Shown: positions 60,944 through 64,000 of the stretch, one piece after another | Numbering within the stretch: position 1 is the first letter of the stretch | Layout: each line of letters begins with the position of its first letter | Assembly (NCBI GenBank): GCA_963749205.1 | Contig: CAVVLW010000006.1 | Location: 129,176-193,175 of the forward strand | Length of the DNA stretch: 64,000 nt | Direction of reading: 5' to 3' | Source of the DNA: an uncultured Thermoplasmata archaeon | Lineage (GTDB): Archaea > Thermoplasmatota > Thermoplasmata > Lutacidiplasmatales > UBA184 | Notes under the pieces: model-generated | The model's input: the letters and a program-made list of their open reading frames with translations, nothing else | Databases searched by the model: none | What the model was told of the DNA's origin: nothing | Position numbers and translations under genes: made by a program

Positions 60944-60956
60944 CCGTCCCGGCCCA
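60939..60956 (+). repeat. Distal copy of the 18-nt direct repeat, candidate attR core
   Basis: cgaatccgtcccggccca is identical to the tRNA-Val 3' end. No cloverleaf lies upstream of it. Confidence 0.85.
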
Positions 60957-60985
60957 CGGTTCAAAACTCGGTCTGAACGCCTTCG

Positions 60986-61461
60986 TCACTCACCCGGCGC
61001 ACCGGGCGCAACGTACAACGTGATGGTCCAGTTGCCCGATTGTTGGTAGATACCGGATTCATTATCCGGCGCAATCCAGGTGGCGTTGCCCCACGGGGCG
61101 CCAAATCCAGTGGATCCGTAGAACGTAACTCCCGTGAACGGCTCTGTCACGGAAACAAGCGTTCCATCGCCGTCTCCACAGAAGTACCTCGCGCTAGATG
61201 GAACGTGAAGCTGACGAATTGCACCATCTCTGAGGTTTTGGTCCAAGTATCGTTGTTTGTAGAATGAAGGGCTTGCATCGAGTTCACCGTGGTCAACTCG
61301 TGGCAGTAGTCGTGTCCCTGGACAGAGACCGGAAGCCCGTTGGAGGCGGGGCATGCACCACCCGTGCTCGCCGGATAGCTCGGGAAAATCCCCAGCACGA
61401 GTATCACGGCGATCGCAACCGCTGTCCCTGCAAATATGGCGTAGAGCGTTCGTCGCTCCAT
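60986..61461 (-). CDS. Hypothetical membrane-anchored or secreted small protein; one frame change
   Basis: ATG 61461 gives MERRTLYAIFAGTAVAIAVILVLGIF (ORF 61147..61602 frame). After about 61300 it continues as ELDASPSFYKQRY...GNATWIAPDNESG...NWTITLYV (ORF 60986..61354). G+C is low (45% on line 61201). Confidence 0.4.
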
Positions 61462-61606
61462 GGGATTCCTAGTCTTCTCGCAAGTATGCCCGGCGGTCCC
61501 GTATATCCATTGCCGGAGGGCGGGGAATGAGATTCCCGGGGGGATGTGCGGACGGCGCACGCGGTCGATGATCCACCGCGAGGGGCACTGCAACCAATTC
61601 AAGGTC

Positions 61607-61647
61607 GATACTCGTATCGCCCGGCGACACGAATCCGCCCCGCCCGA
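61607..61647 (+). repeat. Degenerate third copy of the palindromic module plus tRNA-3'-like tail
   Basis: gatactcgtatcgcccggcgacacgaatccgccccgcccga matches 60916-60956 at 34 of 41 positions (ungapped hand alignment). Confidence 0.6.
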
Positions 61648-62081
61648 CCTTGCGAGGGGGAGACTTGCGTCGCGGCCCGCTTTCGAGGGGAATCGGTTGC
61701 ACGCCGGGGGCCGGACCGACCTCCTAAATTCACCGCGGCCTCCCGGACCCTCATGTCGGGGGGCTCAGGGAACGACCGTCCGCAGCCTACGATCCCCGGC
61801 ATCCCTCCCGGCATGGTCGGGGCGGTGATCTCGGTCCTCGACGCGTCCCGGGACCGCTCCGGCGGCGGAAAATCCTCGAAGAAGTCGAGCGACGCGGGCA
61901 CCGCATCTCGCTCGCGGGATTGAACCGGGTCCTCCAGCACTGCTCTCAGTCCGGGCTCACGGTCGAAGGCCCGGACGGGGTCCGACTACGACGGTGACGG
62001 CCGCTCCGGCACCGTCAACGAACGGCGAGCGTTCGACTGCATACCATACCTATAGTACTTTGTATAGTCTAAATTGAAATT

Positions 62082-62089
62082 CTATATAT
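62082..62089 (+). promoter_or_regulatory. Candidate TATA box for the PhoU-domain gene (leaderless start)
   Basis: ctatatat lies 24 nt upstream of ATG 62114, inside the most AT-rich 60-mer I counted (line 62041, 32% G+C). Confidence 0.45.
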
Positions 62090-62113
62090 GTCCCGCAGGA
62101 CGTTCCTTTCCCG

Positions 62114-63172
62114 ATGATCGAAACGAGTCCAACGGAGGAACGGGTCCGACCCCGGCGAGCCTCCGCCCCCCGCCGAGCGGCGCGACCGCCGGCGTCCGAC
62201 GCGAACCCCCGCACCTCCCGACCGACTGCCCGTCCCTCCCGCCGCCGAGCGGCCGCCCCGACCCGGGTCGCCGCACCGTTCGGTGCCCTCCTGCTTGGGC
62301 GGCCTCCCGTCGCCACCGTGAAGGTCGGACCGGGAGAATCCTCCGAGCACCTGTTCCGTCGCCTCCTCGGGGCCTATCTCGGCGGCGCTCGCGAGTTCGT
62401 GGTAATCGACCGACCCGGCCGAACGAGTCGAACGCGCGACGTCGTTCGCACGTTCTGCCGCCGGACCCGTCAGCCCGAGATCGTCTCGGAGGAGGACGGA
62501 GTGATCCGGCTCCGCGACCTCGCGTACGAAAGCCCCGTGCCCCTCCCCGAGCGCCTGGCCCGGATGGGCCGGATGGTCGTCGGATTCCACCGCGAGGCCG
62601 TGGAGAGCTGGGCCCAGCTCCCGCTCGAGGACGACCGGTCCTGGGAGCGACGGGACGACGAGATCGACCGCGAGGCCTGGTACGTCCAGCGACTCGCCGC
62701 CCTGCGTCTCGGCCTCGACGGCTCGGGCGTGACCCTTCTCGGACCGTGGACGATCGCCCGGAGCCTCGAACGGATCGCAGACCACGCGACCGTGCTCGGA
62801 GAGACCGGACGCCACCTGGTTGAGCTGCCGAACGGGGCCGGGCCGCTCACCTCCTTGAAGCAGTTCCACCACCAGGCGATGGACCTCCTGGAAGGGGTCC
62901 TGAACGCGCGGGACGATGCCGCCGCCAACGACCTGCTCGACATGGGCGACGCGCTCCTCGCCTCCGGACGTGCGCTCTCCGACCAGCTCCTGCCCGCGGT
63001 CGGAGGTGGAACGATGCCCCCCGCTACCGCCGCGGCGGTAACTCGGATTCTGGAATCGATCGGCCGCACGATCGCCTACGCCCAGGACATCGCCCAGGTC
63101 GCGCTCGACCGGGCGATCCCGGTGACGTTCTCCGACGCGGTCGAGCACGAGGGCGAGCCGATCCCCCTGTAA
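62114..63172 (+). CDS. PhoU-domain protein (phosphate uptake regulator-like) with an Arg/Pro/Ala-rich N-terminal extension
   Basis: Intact 352-aa ORF. Two PhoU-like helical repeats are present, with RSLERIADHATVLGE and ESIGRTIAYAQDIAQ. The first roughly 65 aa are low-complexity. Confidence 0.7.
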   Translation: MIETSPTEERVRPRRASAPRRAARPPASDANPRTSRPTARPSRRRAAAPTRVAAPFGALLLGRPPVATVKVGPGESSEHLFRRLLGAYLGGAREFVVIDRPGRTSRTRDVVRTFCRRTRQPEIVSEEDGVIRLRDLAYESPVPLPERLARMGRMVVGFHREAVESWAQLPLEDDRSWERRDDEIDREAWYVQRLAALRLGLDGSGVTLLGPWTIARSLERIADHATVLGETGRHLVELPNGAGPLTSLKQFHHQAMDLLEGVLNARDDAAANDLLDMGDALLASGRALSDQLLPAVGGGTMPPATAAAVTRILESIGRTIAYAQDIAQVALDRAIPVTFSDAVEHEGEPIPL

Positions 63173-63244
63173 GCCCCGGGCCGAGAGGGGGAACGTCTTT
63201 CTATCGCCGCGACACGTTCCCCACCTCCCGGGGGGCTTTCGAAC

Positions 63245-63772
63245 ATGAAGGAACCCTCTCGCGCGCCGCGCGTGGTCGTCTTCCGGCACGGCCCCGCCGA
63301 GGTCCGGGACCCCGCGCGCTGGCCGGACGACGGACTGAGGCCCCTCAGCCGGAAAAGTACCGAACAGACGCGGGCGGTCGCCACCGGCCTCGCGCGGCTC
63401 CTCGGCCCGGTCTCGTGCCTCGCGAGCGGTCCCGCGGTCCGGGTGCGCCGGACCGCGGATATCCTCGGGCGTGCGCTCGCCCCTCCGCGCCGGCCGGTCG
63501 TTTGGCCCGAACTCGACGCCGGGGACGCTCGCTGCCCCGATCCTGACCGGGTCCGACGCCAGACCGAGCGGGATCGCACCGTCGTCATCGTCGGCCACGA
63601 ACCGACCCTCGCCGAGTTCGTCGGCCTTGCCCTGACCGGTGACGGGGTCGCGGTGGTCCGACTGACGAAGGGGGGGGCCGCGTGCCTCGAGTTCCCGAGC
63701 GCGGTCCGGCCCGGTGCGGCCCGGCCGCTCTGGCTACTTACCCGGAAGCAGCTGGGGGGCGCGGGCGAATGA
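63245..63772 (+). CDS. sixA: Histidine-phosphatase-family protein (SixA-like phosphohistidine phosphatase)
   Basis: VVVFRHGPAE (RHG motif) and VVIVGHEPTLAEFV. Intact 175-aa ORF. Confidence 0.7.
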   Translation: MKEPSRAPRVVVFRHGPAEVRDPARWPDDGLRPLSRKSTEQTRAVATGLARLLGPVSCLASGPAVRVRRTADILGRALAPPRRPVVWPELDAGDARCPDPDRVRRQTERDRTVVIVGHEPTLAEFVGLALTGDGVAVVRLTKGGAACLEFPSAVRPGAARPLWLLTRKQLGGAGE

Positions 63773-64000
63773 ACGGGGCCTTCGGCCGGGACGGCGAGCG
63801 GATGGACCGGGGTTTCGCGTAGAGCGGCCCGACGAGCGCGCGGACGTCCTCGTGCACTTGCTCGGGGTGGCGGTTCGCGTCGACCCGGTGGAACCCGTAC
63901 TCGGCTCCGATCCACTCGAACTCCTTCGACAGGCGGTCCTGGTAGGCGAAGAAGCTCTCGAAGAGGTCGCGCGAGAGCGAGAGGTCCATCCCGGACTCCC
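63738..64000 (-). CDS. Partial CDS running off the window, nucleotide (thymidylate) kinase-like C-terminus, tentative
   Basis: The frame is open to the window edge (..GSPGMDLSLSRDLFESFFAYQDRLSKEFEWIGAEYGFHRVDANRHPEQVHEDV). The family call is weak. It overlaps the sixA 3' end by 35 nt. Confidence 0.3.
   Translation of the reverse strand, partial: ESGMDLSLSRDLFESFFAYQDRLSKEFEWIGAEYGFHRVDANRHPEQVHEDVRALVGPLYAKPRSIRSPSRPKAPFIRPRPPAASG

Noticed and set aside
53437-61647. Search for an integrase or recombinase (tyrosine or serine type, or a split SSV-type int spanning the att core) in the island.
   Set aside because: No ORF of 60 aa or more spans either core copy. None of the island ORFs show R..HxxR..Y or serine-recombinase motifs, so I do not annotate an integrase.
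61648-62040. Overlapping ORFs 61546..61923 (+) and 61599..61940 (-).
   Set aside because: They are mutually antisense and have a high-GC off-frame-like composition. No motifs, no start context and no promoter element were recognised, so I left the region unannotated.
1-64000. Programmed ribosomal frameshifting or recoding as an explanation for the frame breaks.
   Set aside because: The breaks are too numerous and are spread over unrelated housekeeping genes. They are often at simple G or C runs with no shared slippery motif, and they come in both directions, including compensating pairs. Assembly indels are the simpler explanation.
1-64000. CRISPR arrays and rRNA genes.
   Set aside because: On reading the sequence I saw no regularly spaced direct repeats and no rRNA-like conserved stretches. 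The only structured repeats are the tRNA-Val-associated modules reported above.

Overview
This is a high-GC archaeal chromosomal segment. My spot counts on single 60-nt lines give about 68-83% G+C outside the island described below. Information-processing genes present: RpoE'/Rpo7, Spt4, TFS, RpoL/Rpo11, Alba, ProRS, an AsnRS-like ligase, Trm5, ArcS, KptA, a Hef-type helicase, tRNA-Leu(GAG) and tRNA-Val(UAC). Metabolic genes present: GdhA, archaeal type II GAPDH, PurD, ThiL, aldehyde and acyl-CoA dehydrogenases, a DyP peroxidase, and UbiD/UbiA/UbiE-type quinone genes. There are also bacterial-style signalling proteins (two class III cyclase fusions and a STAND-ATPase/TPR pair) and one solo TnpB. 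Gene content suggests an uncultured Thermoplasmata-like lineage, but I cannot prove that from sequence alone.

Two things stand out.

1. A roughly 7.5 kb low-GC island (48-57% by spot counts) lies directly 3' of tRNA-Val. It is bounded by an exact 18-nt repeat of the tRNA 3' end. Similar palindromic modules sit beside the core at both ends, and a degenerate third copy lies 0.7 kb further on. Its only cargo is a secreted BNR-like propeller protein, an uninterrupted 1473-aa polytopic giant rich in glycosylation sequons, and small membrane or secreted proteins. I see no integrase, replication gene or capsid gene.

2. By my reading about three dozen conserved genes change reading frame once or more, often at G or C homopolymers. 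This most plausibly reflects indel errors in the assembly rather than biology. For these genes I give merged spans, and the frame-change positions are approximate (about +/-20 nt).

I recognised no rRNA and no CRISPR array.
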